Part shown: piece after piece, positions 15,801-33,800 of the stretch
Layout of the letters: the number at the start of each line of letters is the position of its first letter
Numbering within the stretch: the stretch's first letter is position 1
NCBI RefSeq assembly: GCF_009914755.1
Contig: NC_060937.1
Length of the DNA: 64,000 bases
Origin: the human T2T-CHM13v2.0 reference genome, Homo sapiens
Reading direction: 5' to 3' (one strand)
Translations under genes and position numbers: made by a program
Notes under the pieces: model-generated
Databases searched by the model: none
Told to the model about the DNA's origin: nothing
The model's input: the letters and a program-made list of their open reading frames with translations, nothing else

Positions 15801-18800
15801 TACCCAACCATTTATAATAAAGTCTACATAAAATACCAAAGTACCCAAACTGTGTATTATATACTGTCCATAAAATATCAAAGTACCCAAAATATATATT
15901 GTAAACTCTACATAAAATATCAAAGTAGCCAAAATACATATTGTATACTGTACATAAAATATAAAAGTACCCCAAATATATATTATATACTGTACATAAA
16001 ATATCAAAGTACCCATAATACATATTATACACTGTACATAAAATATCAAAGGACCCAAAATAAACATTATATACTGTACATAAACTATTCAAATACTCAA
16101 AATATATATTACATACTGTACATAAAATATCAAAGTACCCAAATTATGTATTATATACTGTATGTAAAATATCAGAGTACCCAAAATATGCATTATATAC
16201 TGTACATAAAATATGAAAGTAACAAAACATTTATAATAAACTGTACATAAAATATCAAAGTACTCAAACTATATATCATATACTGTACATAAAATATCAA
16301 AGTACCCAAACTGTGTATTATTACATACTTTATATAAAATATCAAAGTACCTGAAATATATATTGTATACTGTACATAAAATATCAAAGTACCCAAAATA
16401 TATACTATATACTGTACATAAAATATGAAGGTACATCAAATATATATTATATCCTGTACATAAAATATCAAAGTACTCCTATTATATATTGTGTACTGTA
16501 CATAATATATTAAATCGCCCAAATATATATTGTATACTGTATATAAAATATGAAGGTACTTCAAATATATATTATATGCTGCACATAAAATATCAAAGTA
16601 CCCAAAGTATGCATTACATACTGTACATAAAATATCAAAGTACACAAATTATATATTATATTCTGTACATAAAATATGTAGGTTCATCAAATATATTTTA
16701 TATTCTGTACATAATATATCAAAGTACATCAAATATATATTATATACGGTACATAAAATATCAAAGTACCCAAAATATGTACTATTTACTGTACATAAAA
16801 TATGAAAGTAACCAAACTTTTATAATAAACTGTACATAAAATATCAAAGTACTCAATCTACATATTATATACAGTATATAAAATATCAAAGTACACAAAC
16901 TGTATATTATATACTGTACATAATATATCAAAATACCCAGAATATATAGCATACTGTACATACAATATCAAAGTACCCAGAATGTATATTGTATACTGTA
17001 CATAAAATATGAAGGTACATCAAAGATATATTATATTCTGTACATAAAATATCAAAGTACACCAAATATATATTATATGCTGTACATAATATATTAAAGT
17101 TGCCCATGTATACATTTTATACTGTACATAAAATATGAAGGTACATCAAATATATAGTATATGCTGCACATAAAATATCAAAGTACCCAAAGTATGTATT
17201 ATATACTGTACATAAAATATCAAAGTACCAAAAGTATATATTACCTACTGTAAATAAAATATGAAGATACCTCAAATATATATTATATTCTGTACATGAA
17301 ATATCAAAGTACACCAAGTATATACTATATACTCTACATAAAATATTAAATTACCCAAAATATGTATTGTATTGTGTACATAAAATATGAAAGTAACCAA
17401 ACATTTATAATAAACTGTACATAAAATATCAAAGTACTCAAACTTTATATTATATACTGTACATAAAGTATCAAAGTACCCAAACTGTGTAGTATATACT
17501 GTACATAAAATATCAAGGTACCCAAAATGTATATTGTAAACTGTAGATAAAATATCAAAGTACCCAAAATATATATTATATACTGTACATAAAATATGAA
17601 GGCACATCCAATATATATTATATTCTGTACATAAAATATCAAAGTACACCAAATGTATATTATATACTGTACATAAAATATAAAACTACCCCAAATATAT
17701 CTTATATACTCTACATAAAATATCAAAGTACCCAAAATATATATTATATACTGTACATAATATATCAAAGTACCCATAGTATGTATTATATCCTGTACAT
17801 AAAATATGAAGGTACGTCAAATATATATTCTATTCTGCACATAAAATATCATATTGCACCAAATATATATTGTATACTGTATATAAAATATGAAGGTACT
17901 TCAAATATATATTATATGCTGCACATAAAATATCAAAGTACCCAAAGTATGCATTATATACTGTACATAAAATATCAAAGTACCCAAAGTGTATATTATA
18001 TACTGTACATAAAATATGAAGGTTCATCAAATATATTTTATATTCTGCACATAATATATCAAAGTACAGCAAATATATATTATATACTGTACATAAAATA
18101 ACAAAGTAACAAAAATATGTATTATATACTGTACATAAAATATGAAAGTAACCAAATATTTATAATAAACTGTATATAAAATATCAAAGTACTCAAACTA
18201 CATATTATATAGAGTATATAAAATATCAAAGTACCCAAACTATATATTATATACTGTACATACTATATCAAAGTACCCGAATATATAGCATACTGTACAT
18301 AAAATATCAAAGTACCCAAAATATATATTGTATACTGTACATAAAATATGAAGGTACATCAAAGATATATTATATTCTGTACATAAAATATCAAAGTACA
18401 CCAAATATATATTATATGCTGTACAGAATATATTAAAGTCGACCAAATGTATATTATATACTGTACATAAAATATGAAGGTACATCAAATATATATTATA
18501 TGCTGCACATAAAATATCAAAGTACCCAAAGTATGTGTTATATACTGTACATAAAATATCAAAGTACCCAAAGTATATATTATATACTGTACATAAAATA
18601 TAAAATACCCCAAATATATATTATATCCAGTACATAAAATATCAAAGTACCCAAAATATATATTGTAAACTGTACATAAAATATCAAAGTAGCCAAAATA
18701 TATATTGTATACTGTACATAAAATATAAAAGTACCCCAAATATGTATTATATACTGTACATAAAATATCAAAGTACCGATAATACATATTATATACTGTA

Positions 18801-21800
18801 CATAAAATATCAAAGGACCCAAAATAAACATTATATACTGTACATAAAATATCCAAATACTCAAAATATATATTACATACTGTACATAAAATATCAAAGT
18901 ACCCAAATTATGTATTATATACTGTACGTAAAATATCAGAGTACCCAAAATATGCATTATATACTGTACATAAAATATGAAAGTAACAAAACATTTATAA
19001 TAAACTGTACATAAAATATCAAAGTACTCAAACTATATATCATATACTGTACATAAAATATCAAAGTACCCAAACTGTGTATTATTATATACTGTATATA
19101 AAATATCAAAGTACCTGAAATATATATTGTATACTGTACATAAAATATCAAAGTACCCAAAATATATACTATATACTGTACATAAAATATGAAGGTACAT
19201 AAATATATATTATATCCTGTACATAAAATATCAAAGTACACCTATTATATATTGTGTACTGTACATAATATATTAAATCGCCCAAATATATATTGTATAC
19301 TGTATATAAAATATGAAGGTACTTCAAATATATATTATATGCTGCACATAAAATATCAAAGTACCCAAGGTATGCATTACATACTGTACATAAAATATCA
19401 AAGTACACATATTATATATTATATAATATACATAAAATATGAAGGTTCATCAAATATATATTATATTCTGTACATAATATATCAAAGTACATCAAATATA
19501 TATTATATACTGTACATAAAATATCAAAGTACCAAAAATATGTATTATATACTGTACATAAAATATGAAAGTAACCAAACATTTATAATATACTGTACAT
19601 AAAATATCAAAGTACTCAGTCTACATATTATATACAGTATATAAAATATCAAAGTACACACACTGTATATTATATACTGTACATAATATATCAAAGTACC
19701 CAGAATATATAGCATACTGTACATAAAATATCAAAGTACCCGAAATATATATGGTATACTGTACATAAAATATGAAGGTACATCAAAGATATATTATATT
19801 CTGTACATAAAATATCAAACTACACCAAATATATATTATATGCTGTACATAATATATTAAAGTTGCCCAAATATACATTCTATACTGTACATAAAATATG
19901 AACGTACATCAAATATATAGTATATGCTGCACATAAAATATCAAAGTACCCAAAGTATGTATTATACACTGTACATAAAATATCAAAGTACCAAAAGTAT
20001 ATATTACATACTGTAAATAAAATATGAAGGTACCTCAAATATATATTATGTTCTGTACATAAAATATCAAAGTACACCAAGTATATACTATATACTCTGC
20101 ATAAAATATTAAATTACCCACAATATGTATTGTATTGTGTACATAAAATATGAAAGTAACCAAACATTTATAATAAACTGTACATAAAATATCAAAGTAC
20201 TCAAACTGTATATGATATACTGTACATAAAGTATCAAAGTACCCAAACTGTCTAGTATATTCTGTACATAAAATATCAAGGTACCCAAAATATATATTGT
20301 AAACTGTAGATAAAATATCAAAGTACCCAAAATATATATTATATACTGTACATAAAATATGAAGGCACATCCAATATATATTATATTCTGTACATAAAAT
20401 ATCAAAGTACACCAAATGTATATTATATACTGTACATAAAATATCAAAGTACCCAAAGTGTATATTATATACTGTACATAAAATATGAAGGTTCATCAAA
20501 TATATTTTATATTCTGCACATAATATATCAAAGTACAGCAAATATATATTATATACTGTACATAAAATATCAAAGTACCCAAAATATGTATTATATACTG
20601 TACATAAAATATGAAAGTAACCAAACATTTATAATAAACTGTACATAAAGTATCAAACTACTCAAACTACATATTATATACAGTATATAAAACGTCAAAG
20701 TACCCAAACTGTATATTATATACTGTACATAATATATCAAAGTACCCAAATATATAGCATACTGTACATAAAATATCAAAGTACCCAAAATATATATTAT
20801 ATACTGTACATAAAATATCAAAATACCCAAAATATATATTATATACTGTACATAAATTACCAAAGTACCCAAAGTATATATTATGTACCGTACAAAAAAT
20901 ATCAAAGTAGCCAAAATATGTATTATACACTGTACTTAATATATGAAAGTACCCAAACATTTATAATAAACTGTAAATAAAATATCAATGTACTCAAACT
21001 ATATATTATGTGCGGTACATAAGATATCAAAGTACCCATGCCATATAGTATATACTGTACTTAAAATATCAAAATACCCAAAATATATATTATATACGTT
21101 ACATAAACTATCAAATACACAAAGTATGTATTATATACTGTACATAAAATAGCAAAGTTCCCAAAATATGTATTATATACTGTACATAAAATATGAAAGT
21201 ACCCAACCATTTATAATAAACTCTACATAAAATACCAAAGTACCCAAACTGTGTATTATATACTGTCCATAAAATATCAAAGGACCCAAAATATATATTG
21301 TAAACTCTACATAAAATATCAAAGTAGCCAAAATACATATTGTATACTGTACATAAAATATAAAAGTACCCCAAATATATATTATATACTGTACATAAAA
21401 TATCAAAGTACCCATAATACATATTATATACTGTACATAAAATATCAAAGGACCCAAAATAAACATTATATACTGTACATAAAATATCCAAATACTCAAA
21501 ATATATATTACATACTGTACATAAAATATCAAAGTACCCAAATTATGTATTATATACTGTACGTAAAATATCAGAGTACCCAAAATATGCATTATATACT
21601 GTACATATAATATGAAGGTACATGAAATATATAGTATATGCTGCACATAAAATATCAAAGTACCCAAAGTATGTATTATATACTGTACATAAAATATCAA
21701 AGTACCAAAAGTATATATTACCTACTGTAAATAAAATATGAAGATACCTCAAATATATATTATATTCTGTACATAAAATATCAAAGTACACCAAGTATAT

Positions 21801-24800
21801 ACTATATACTCTACATAAAATATTAAATTACCCAAAATATGTATTGTATTGTGTACATAAAATATGAAAGTAACCAAACATTTATAATAAACTGTACATA
21901 AAATATCAAAGTACTCAAACTTTATATTATATACTGTACATAAAGTATCAAAGTACCCAAACTGTGTAGTATATACTGTACATAAAATATCAAGGTACCC
22001 AAAATGTATATTGTAAACTGTAGATAAAATATCAAAGTACCCAAAATATATATTATATACTGTACATAAAATATGAAGGCACATCCAATATATATTATAT
22101 TCTGTACATAAAATATCAAAGTACACCAAATGTATATTATATACTGTACATAAAATATAAAACTACCCCAAATATATCTTATATACTCTACATAAAATAT
22201 CAAAGTACCCAAAATATATATTATATACTGTACATAAAATATCAAAGTACCCATAGTATGTATTATATCCTGTACATAAAATATGAAGGTACATCAAATA
22301 TATATTCTATTCTGCACATAAAATATCATATTGCACCAAATATATATTGTATACTGTATATAAAATATGAAGGTACTTCAAATATATATTATATGCTGCA
22401 CATAAAATATCAAAGTACCCAAAGTATGCATTATATACTGTACATAAAATATCAAAGTACCCAAAGTGTATATTATATACTGTACATAAAATATGAAGGT
22501 TCATCAAATATATTTTATATTCTGCACATAATATATCAAAGTACAGCAAATATATATTATATATTGTACATAAAATAACAAAGTACCAAAAATATGTATT
22601 ATATACTGTACATAAAATATGAAAGTAACCAAATATTTATAATAAACTGTATATAAAATATCAAAGTACTCAAACTACATATTATATACAGTATATAAAA
22701 TATCAAAGTACCCAAACTATATATTATATACTGTACATACTATATCAAAGTTCCCAAATATATAGCATACTGTCCATAAAATATCGAAGTACCCAAAATA
22801 TATATTGTATACTGTACATAAAATATGAAGGTACATCAAAGATATATTATATCCTGTACATAAAATATCAAAGTACACCAAATATATATTATATGCTGTA
22901 CATAATATATTAAAGTCGACCAAATATATATTATATACTGTACATAAAATATGAAGGTACCTCAACTATATATTATATGCTGCACATAAAATATCAAAGT
23001 ACCCAAAGTATGTATTATATACTGTACATAAAATATCAAAGTACCCAAAGTACATATTATATACTGTACATAAAATATAAAATACCCCAAATATATATTA
23101 AATGCTGTACATAAAATATCAAAGTACACAAAATATGTATTATGTACTGTACATACAATATAAAGGACCCAAAATATATACTATATACTGTACATAAAAT
23201 ATCAAAATACCCAAAATATATATTATATACTGTACATAAAGTACCAAAGTACCCAAAGTATATATTATATACCGTACAAAAAATATCAAAGTAGCCAAAA
23301 TATGTATTATACACTGTACATAATATATGAAAGTACCCAAACATTTATAATAAACTGTACATAAAATATCAATGTACTCAAACTATGTATTATGTGCGGT
23401 ACATAACATATCAAAGTACCCATACTATATAGTATGTACTGTACTTAAAATATCAAAATACCCAAAATATATATTATATACGTTACATAAACTATCAAAT
23501 ACACAAAGTATGTATTATATACTGCACATAAAATAGCAAAGTTCCCAAAATATGTATTATATACTGTACATAAAATATGAAAGTACCCAACCATTTATAA
23601 TAAACTCTACATAAAATACCAAAGTACCCAAACTGTGTATTATATACTGTCCATAAAATATCAAAGTACCCAAAATATATATTGTAAACTGTACATAAAA
23701 TATCAAAGTAGCCAAAATACATATTGTATACTGTACATAAAATATGAAAGTACCCCAAATATGTATTATATACTGTACATAAAATATCAAAGTACCCATA
23801 ATACATATTATATACTGTACATAAAATATCAAAGGACCCAAAATAAACATTATATACTGTACATAAAATATCCAAATACTCAAAATATATATTACGTACT
23901 GTACATAAAATATCAAAGTAACCAAATTATGTATTATATACTGTACGTAAAATATCAGAGTACCCAAAATATGCGTTATATACTGTACATAAAATATGAA
24001 AGTAACAAAACATTTATAATAAACTGTACATAAAATATCAAAGTACTCAAACTATATATCATATACTGTACATAAAATATCAAAGTACCCAAACTGTGTA
24101 TTATTATATACTGTATATAAAATATCAAAGTACCTGAAATATATACTGTATACTGTACATAAAATATCAAAGTACCCAAAATATATACTATATACTGTAC
24201 ATAAAATATGAAGGTACATCAAATATATATTATATCCTGTACATAAAATATCAAAGTACACCTATTATATATTGTGTACTGTACATAATATATTAAATCG
24301 CCCAAATATATATTGTATACTGTATATAAAATATGAAGGTACTTCAAATATATATTATATGCTGCACATAAAATATCAAAGTACCCAAAGTATGCATTAC
24401 ATACTGTACATAAAATATCAAAGTACACATATTATCTATTATATAATGTACATAAAATATGAAGGTTCATCAAATATATATTATATTCTGTACATAATAT
24501 ATCAAAGTACATCAAATATATATTATATACTGTACATAAAATATCAAACTACCAAAAATATGTATTATATACTGTACATAAAACATGAAAGTAACCAAAC
24601 ATTTATAATAAACTGTACATAAAATATCAAAGTACTCAATCTACATATTATATACAGTATATAAAATATCAAAGTACACAAACTGTATATTATACACTGT
24701 ACATAATATATCAAAGTACCCAGAATATATAGCATACTGTACATAAAATATCAAAGTACCCAAAATATATATTGTATACTGTACATAAAATATGAAGGTA

Positions 24801-27800
24801 CATCAAAGATATATTATATTCTGTACATAAAATATCAAACTACACCAAATATATATTATATGCTGTACATAATATATTTAAGTTGCCCATATATACATTA
24901 TATACTGTACATAAAATATGAACGTACATCAAATATATAGTATATGCTGCACATAAAATATCAAAGTACCCAAAGTATGTATTATATACTGTACATAAAA
25001 TATCAAAGTACCAAAAGTATATATTACCTACTGTAAATAAAATATGAAGATACCTCAAATATATATTATATTCTGTACATAAAATATCAAAGTACACCAA
25101 GTATATACTATATACTCTACATAAAATATTAAATTACCCAAAATATGTATTGTATTGTGTACATAAAATATGAAAGTAACCAAACATTTATAATAAACTG
25201 TACATAAAATATCAAAGTACTCAAACTTTATATTATATACTGTACATAAAGTATCAAAGTACCCAAACTGTGTAGTATATACTGTACATAAAATATCAAG
25301 GTACCCAAAATGTATATTGTAAACTGTAGATAAAATATCAAAGTACCCAAAATATATATTATATACTGTACATAAAATATGAAGGCACATCCAATATATA
25401 TTATATTCTGTACATGAAATATCAAAGTACACCAAATGTATATTATATACTGTACATAAAATATAAAACTACCCCAAATATATCTTATATACTCTACATA
25501 AAATATCAAAGTACCCAAAATATATATTATATACTGTACATAAAATATCAAAGTACCCATAGTATGTATTATATCCTGTACATAAAATATGAAGGTACAT
25601 CAAATATATATTCTATTCTGCACATAAAATATCATATTGCACCAAATATATATTGTATACTGTATATAAAATATGAAGGTACTTCAAATATATATTATAT
25701 GCTGCACATAAAATATCAAAGTACCCAAAGTATGCATTATATACTGTACATAAAATATCAAAGTACCCAAAGTGTATATTATATACTGTACATAAAATAT
25801 GAAGGTTCATCAAATATATTTTATATTCTGCACATAATATATCAAAGTACAGCAAATATATATTATATATTGTACATAAAATAACAAAGTACCAAAAATA
25901 TGTATTATATACTGTACATAAAATATGAAAGTAACCAAATATTTATAATAAACTGTATATAAAATATCAAAGTACTCAAACTACATATTATATACAGTAT
26001 ATAAAATATCAAAGTACCCAAACTATATATTATATACTGTACATACTATATCAAAGTACCCAAATATATAGCATACTGTCCATAAAATATCAAAGTACCC
26101 AAAATATATATTGTATACTGTACATAAAATATGAAGGTACATCAAAGATATATTATATCCTGTACATAAAATATCAAAGTACACCAAATATATATTATAT
26201 GCTGTACATAATATATTAAAGTCGACCAAATATATATTATATACTGTACATAAAATATGAAGGTACCTCAACTATATATTATATGCTGCACATAAAATAT
26301 CAAAGTACCCAAAGTATGTATTATATACTGTACATAAAATATCAAAGTACCCAAAGTATATATTATATACTGTACATAAAATATAAAATACCCCAAATAT
26401 ATATTATATGCTGTACATAAAATATCAAAGTACACAAAATATGTATTATGTACTGTACATACAATATAAAGGACCCAAAATATATACTATATACTGTACA
26501 TAAAATATCAAAATACCCAAAATATATATTATATACTGTACATAAAGTACCAAAGTACCCAAAGTATATATTATATACCGTACAAAAAATATCAAAGTAG
26601 CCAAAATATGTATTATACACTGTACATAATATATGAAAGTACCCAAACATTTATAATAAACTGTACATAAAATATCAATGTACTCAAACTATGTATTATG
26701 TGCGGTACATAACATATCAAAGTACCCATACTATATAGTATGTACTGTACTTAAAATATCAAAATACCCAAAATATATATTATATACGTTACATAAACTA
26801 TCAAATACACAAAGTATGTATTATATACTGCACATAAAATAGCAAAGTTCCCAAAATATGTATTATATACTGTACATAAAATATGAAAGTACCCAACCAT
26901 TTATAATAAACTCTACATAAAATACCAAAGTACCCAAACTGTGTATTATATACTGTCCATAAAATATCAAAGTACCCAAAATATATATTGTAAACTGTAC
27001 ATAAAATATCAAAGTAGCCAAAATACATATTGTATACTGTACATAAAATATGAAAGTACCCCAAATATGTATTATATACTGTACATAAAATATCAAAGTA
27101 CCCATAATACATATTATATACTGTACACAAAATATCAAAGGACCCAAAATAAACATTATATACTGTACATAAAATATCCAAATACTCAAAATATATATTA
27201 TGTACTGTACATAAAATATCAAAGTAACCAAATTATGTATTATATACTGTACGTAAAATATCAGAGTACCCAAAATATGCGTTATATACTGTACATAAAA
27301 TATGAAAGTAACAAAACATTTATAATAAACTGTACATAAAATATCAAAGTACTCAAACTATATATCATATACTGTACATAAAATATCAAAGTACCCAAAC
27401 TGTGTATTATTATATACTGTATATAAAATATCAAAGTACCTGAAATATATACTGTATACTGTACATAAAATATCAAAGTACCCAAAATATATACTATATA
27501 CTGTACATAAAATATGAAGGTACATCAAATATATATTATATCCTGTACATAAAATATCAAAGTACACCTATTATATATTGTGTACTGTACATAATATATT
27601 AAATCGCCCAAATATATATTGTATACTGTATATAAAATATGAAGGTACTTCAAATATATATTATATGCTGCACATAAAATATCAAAGTACCCAAAGTATG
27701 CATTACATACTGTACATAAAATATCAAAGTACACATATTATCTATTATATAATGTACATAAAATATGAAGGTTCATCAAATATATATTATATTCTGTACA

Positions 27801-30800
27801 TAATATATCAAAGTACATCAAATATATATTATATACGGTACATAAAATATCAAAGTACCAAAAATATGTATTATATACTGTACATAAAACATGAAAGTAA
27901 CCAAACATTTATAATAAACTGTACATTAAATATCAAAGTACTCAATGTACATATTATATACAGTATATAAAATATCAAAGTACACAAACTGTATATTATA
28001 TACTGTACATAATATATCAAAGTACCCAGAATATATAGCATACTGTACATAAAATATCAAAGTACCCAAAATATATATTGTATACTGTACATAAAATATG
28101 AAGGTACATCAAAGATATATTATATTCTGTACATAAAATATCAAACTACACCAAATATATATTATATGCTGTACATAATATATTAAAGTTGCCCATATAT
28201 GCATTATATACTGTACATAAAATATGAACGTACATCAAATATATAGTATATGCTGCACATAAAATATCAAAGTACCCAAAGTATGTATTATACACTGTAC
28301 ATAAAATATCAAAGTACCAAAAGTATATATTACATACTGTAAATAAAATATGAAGGTACGTCAAATATATATTCTATTCTATACATAAAATATCAAAGTA
28401 CACCAAGTATATACTATATATTCTGCATAAAATATTAAATTACCCGAAATATGTATTGTATTGTGTACATAAAATATGAAAGTAACCAAACATTTATAAT
28501 AAACTGTACATAAAATATCAAAGTACTCAAACTGTATATGATATACTGTACATAAAGTATCAAAGTACCCAAACTGTGTAGTATATACTGTACATAAAAT
28601 ATCAAGGTACCCAAAATATATATTGTAAACTGTAGATAAAATATCAAAGTACCCAAAATATATATTATATACTGTACATGAAATATGAAGGCACATCCAA
28701 TATATATTATACTCTGTACATAAAATATCAAAGTACACCAAATGTATATTCTATACTGTACATAAAATATCAAAGTACCCAAAGTGTATATTATATACTG
28801 TACATAAAATATGAAGGTTCATCAAATATATTTTATATTCTGCACATAATATATCAAAGTACAGCAAAATATCAAAATACCCAAAATATATATTATATAC
28901 TGTACATAAAATACCAAAGTACCCTAAGTATATATTATATACTGTATAAAAAATATCAAAGTAGCCAAAATATGTATTATACACTGTACATAATATATGA
29001 AAGTACCCAAACATTTATAATAAACTGTACATAAAATATCAATGTACTCAAACTATATATTATGTGCGGTACATAAGATATCAAAGTACCCATACTATAT
29101 AGTATATACTGTACTTAAAATATCAAAATACCCAAAATATATATTATATACGTTACATAAACTATCAAATACACAAAGTATGTATTATATACTGCACATA
29201 AAATAGCAAAGTTCCCAAAATATGTATTATATACTGTACATAAAATATGAAAGTACCCAACCATTTATAATAAAGTCTACATAAAATACCAAAGTACCCA
29301 AACTGTGTATTATATACTGTCCATAAAATATCAAAGTACCCAAAATATATATTGTAAACTCTACATAAAATATCAAAGTAGCCAAAATACATATTGTATA
29401 CTGTACATAAAATATAAAAGTACCCCAAATATATATTATATACTGTACATAAAATATCAAAGTACCCATAATACATATTATACACTGTACATAAAATATC
29501 AAAGGACCCAAAATAAACATTATATACTGTACATAAACTATTCAAATACTCAAAATATATATTACATACTGTACATAAAATATCAAAGTACCCAAATTAT
29601 GTATTATATACTGTATGTAAAATATCAGAGTACCCAAAATATGCATTATATACTGTACATAAAATATGAAAGTAACAAAACATTTATAATAAACTGTACA
29701 TAAAATATCAAAGTACTCAAACTATATATCATATACTGTACATAAAATATCAAAGTACCCAAACTGTGTATTATTACATACTTTATATAAAATATCAAAG
29801 TACCTGAAATATATATTGTATACTGTACATAAAATATCAAAGTACCCAAAATATATACTATATACTGTACATAAAATATGAAGGTACATCAAATATATAT
29901 TATATCCTGTACATAAAATATCAAAGTACTCCTATTATATATTGTGTACTGTACATAATATATTAAATCGCCCAAATATATATTGTATACTGTATATAAA
30001 ATATGAAGGTACTTCAAATATATATTATATGCTGCACATAAAATATCAAAGTACCCAAAGTATGCATTACATACTGTACATAAAATATCAAAGTACACAA
30101 ATTATATATTATATTCTGTACATAAAATATGTAGGTTCATCAAATATATTTTATATTCTGTACATAATATATCAAAGTACATCAAATATATATTATATAC
30201 GGTACATAAAATATCAAAGTACCCAAAATATGTACTATTTACTGTACATAAAATATGAAAGTAACCAAACTTTTATAATAAACTGTACATAAAATATCAA
30301 AGTACTCAATCTACATATTATATACAGTATATAAAATATCAAAGTACACAAACTGTATATTATATACTGTACATAATATATCAAAATACCCAGAATATAT
30401 AGCATACTGTACATACAATATCAAAGTACCCAGAATGTATATTGTATACTGTACATAAAATATGAAGGTACATCAAAGATATATTATATTCTGTACATAA
30501 AATATCAAAGTACACCAAATATATATTATATGCTGTACATAATATATTAAAGTTGCCCATGTATACATTTTATACTGTACATAAAATATGAAGGTACATC
30601 AAATATATAGTATATGCTGCACATAAAATATCAAAGTACCCAAAGTATGTATTATATACTGTACATAAAATATCAAAGTACCAAAAGTATATATTACCTA
30701 CTGTAAATAAAATATGAAGATACCTCAAATATATATTATATTCTGTACATGAAATATCAAAGTACACCAAGTATATACTATATACTCTACATAAAATATT

Positions 30801-33800
30801 AAATTACCCAAAATATGTATTGTATTGTGTACATAAAATATGAAAGTAACCAAACATTTATAATAAACTGTACATAAAATATCAAAGTACTCAAACTTTA
30901 TATTATATACTGTACATAAAGTATCAAAGTACCCAAACTGTGTAGTATATACTGTACATAAAATATCAAGGTACCCAAAATGTATATTGTAAACTGTAGA
31001 TAAAATATCAAAGTACCCAAAATATATATTATATACTGTACATAAAATATGAAGGCACATCCAATATATATTATATTCTGTACATAAAATATCAAAGTAC
31101 ACCAAATGTATATTATATACTGTACATAAAATATAAAACTACCCCAAATATATCTTATATACTCTACATAAAATATCAAAGTACCCAAAATATATATTAT
31201 ATACTGTACATAATATATCAAAGTACCCATAGTATGTATTATATCCTGTACATAAAATATGAAGGTACGTCAAATATATATTCTATTCTGCACATAAAAT
31301 ATCATATTGCACCAAATATATATTGTATACTGTATATAAAATATGAAGGTACTTCAAATATATATTATATGCTGCACATAAAATATCAAAGTACCCAAAG
31401 TATGCATTATATACTGTACATAAAATATCAAAGTACCCAAAGTGTATATTATATACTGTACATAAAATATGAAGGTTCATCAAATATATTTTATATTCTG
31501 CACATAATATATCAAAGTACAGCAAATATATATTATATACTGTACATAAAATAACAAAGTAACAAAAATATGTATTATATACTGTACATAAAATATGAAA
31601 GTAACCAAATATTTATAATAAACTGTATATAAAATATCAAAGTACTCAAACTACATATTATATAGAGTATATAAAATATCAAAGTACCCAAACTATATAT
31701 TATATACTGTACATACTATATCAAAGTACCCGAATATATAGCATACTGTACATAAAATATCAAAGTACCCAAAATATATATTGTATACTGTACATAAAAT
31801 ATGAAGGTACATCAAAGATATATTATATTCTGTACATAAAATATCAAAGTACACCAAATATATATTATATGCTGTACAGAATATATTAAAGTCGACCAAA
31901 TGTATATTATATACTGTACATAAAATATGAAGGTACATCAAATATATATTATATGCTGCACATAAAATATCAAAGTACCCAAAGTATGTGTTATATACTG
32001 TACATAAAATATCAAAGTACCCAAAGTATATATTATATACTGTACATAAAATATAAAATACCCCAAATATATATTATATCCAGTACATAAAATATCAAAG
32101 TACCCAAAATATATATTGTAAACTGTACATAAAATATCAAAGTAGCCAAAATATATATTGTATACTGTACATAAAATATAAAAGTACCCCAAATATGTAT
32201 TATATACTGTACATAAAATATCAAAGTACCGATAATACATATTATATACTGTACATAAAATATCAAAGGACCCAAAATAAACATTATATACTGTACATAA
32301 AATATCCAAATACTCAAAATATATATTACATACTGTACATAAAATATCAAAGTACCCAAATTATGTATTATATACTGTACGTAAAATATCAGAGTACCCA
32401 AAATATGCATTATATACTGTACATAAAATATGAAAGTAACAAAACATTTATAATAAACTGTACATAAAATATCAAAGTACTCAAACTATATATCATATAC
32501 TGTACATAAAATATCAAAGTACCCAAACTGTGTATTATTATATACTGTATATAAAATATCAAAGTACCTGAAATATATATTGTATACTGTACATAAAATA
32601 TCAAAGTACCCAAAATATATACTATATACTGTACATAAAATATGAAGGTACATAAATATATATTATATCCTGTACATAAAATATCAAAGTACACCTATTA
32701 TATATTGTGTACTGTACATAATATATTAAATCGCCCAAATATATATTGTATACTGTATATAAAATATGAAGGTACTTCAAATATATATTATATGCTGCAC
32801 ATAAAATATCAAAGTACCCAAGGTATGCATTACATACTGTACATAAAATATCAAAGTACACATATTATATATTATATAATATACATAAAATATGAAGGTT
32901 CATCAAATATATATTATATTCTGTACATAATATATCAAAGTACATCAAATATATATTATATACTGTACATAAAATATCAAAGTACCAAAAATATGTATTA
33001 TATACTGTACATAAAATATGAAAGTAACCAAACATTTATAATATACTGTACATAAAATATCAAAGTACTCAGTCTACATATTATATACAGTATATAAAAT
33101 ATCAAAGTACACACACTGTATATTATATACTGTACATAATATATCAAAGTACCCAGAATATATAGCATACTGTACATAAAATATCAAAGTACCCGAAATA
33201 TATATGGTATACTGTACATAAAATATGAAGGTACATCAAAGATATATTATATTCTGTACATAAAATATCAAACTACACCAAATATATATTATATGCTGTA
33301 CATAATATATTAAAGTTGCCCAAATATACATTCTATACTGTACATAAAATATGAACGTACATCAAATATATAGTATATGCTGCACATAAAATATCAAAGT
33401 ACCCAAAGTATGTATTATACACTGTACATAAAATATCAAAGTACCAAAAGTATATATTACATACTGTAAATAAAATATGAAGGTACCTCAAATATATATT
33501 ATGTTCTGTACATAAAATATCAAAGTACACCAAGTATATACTATATACTCTGCATAAAATATTAAATTACCCACAATATGTATTGTATTGTGTACATAAA
33601 ATATGAAAGTAACCAAACATTTATAATAAACTGTACATAAAATATCAAAGTACTCAAACTGTATATGATATACTGTACATAAAGTATCAAAGTACCCAAA
33701 CTGTCTAGTATATTCTGTACATAAAATATCAAGGTACCCAAAATATATATTGTAAACTGTAGATAAAATATCAAAGTACCCAAAATATATATTATATACT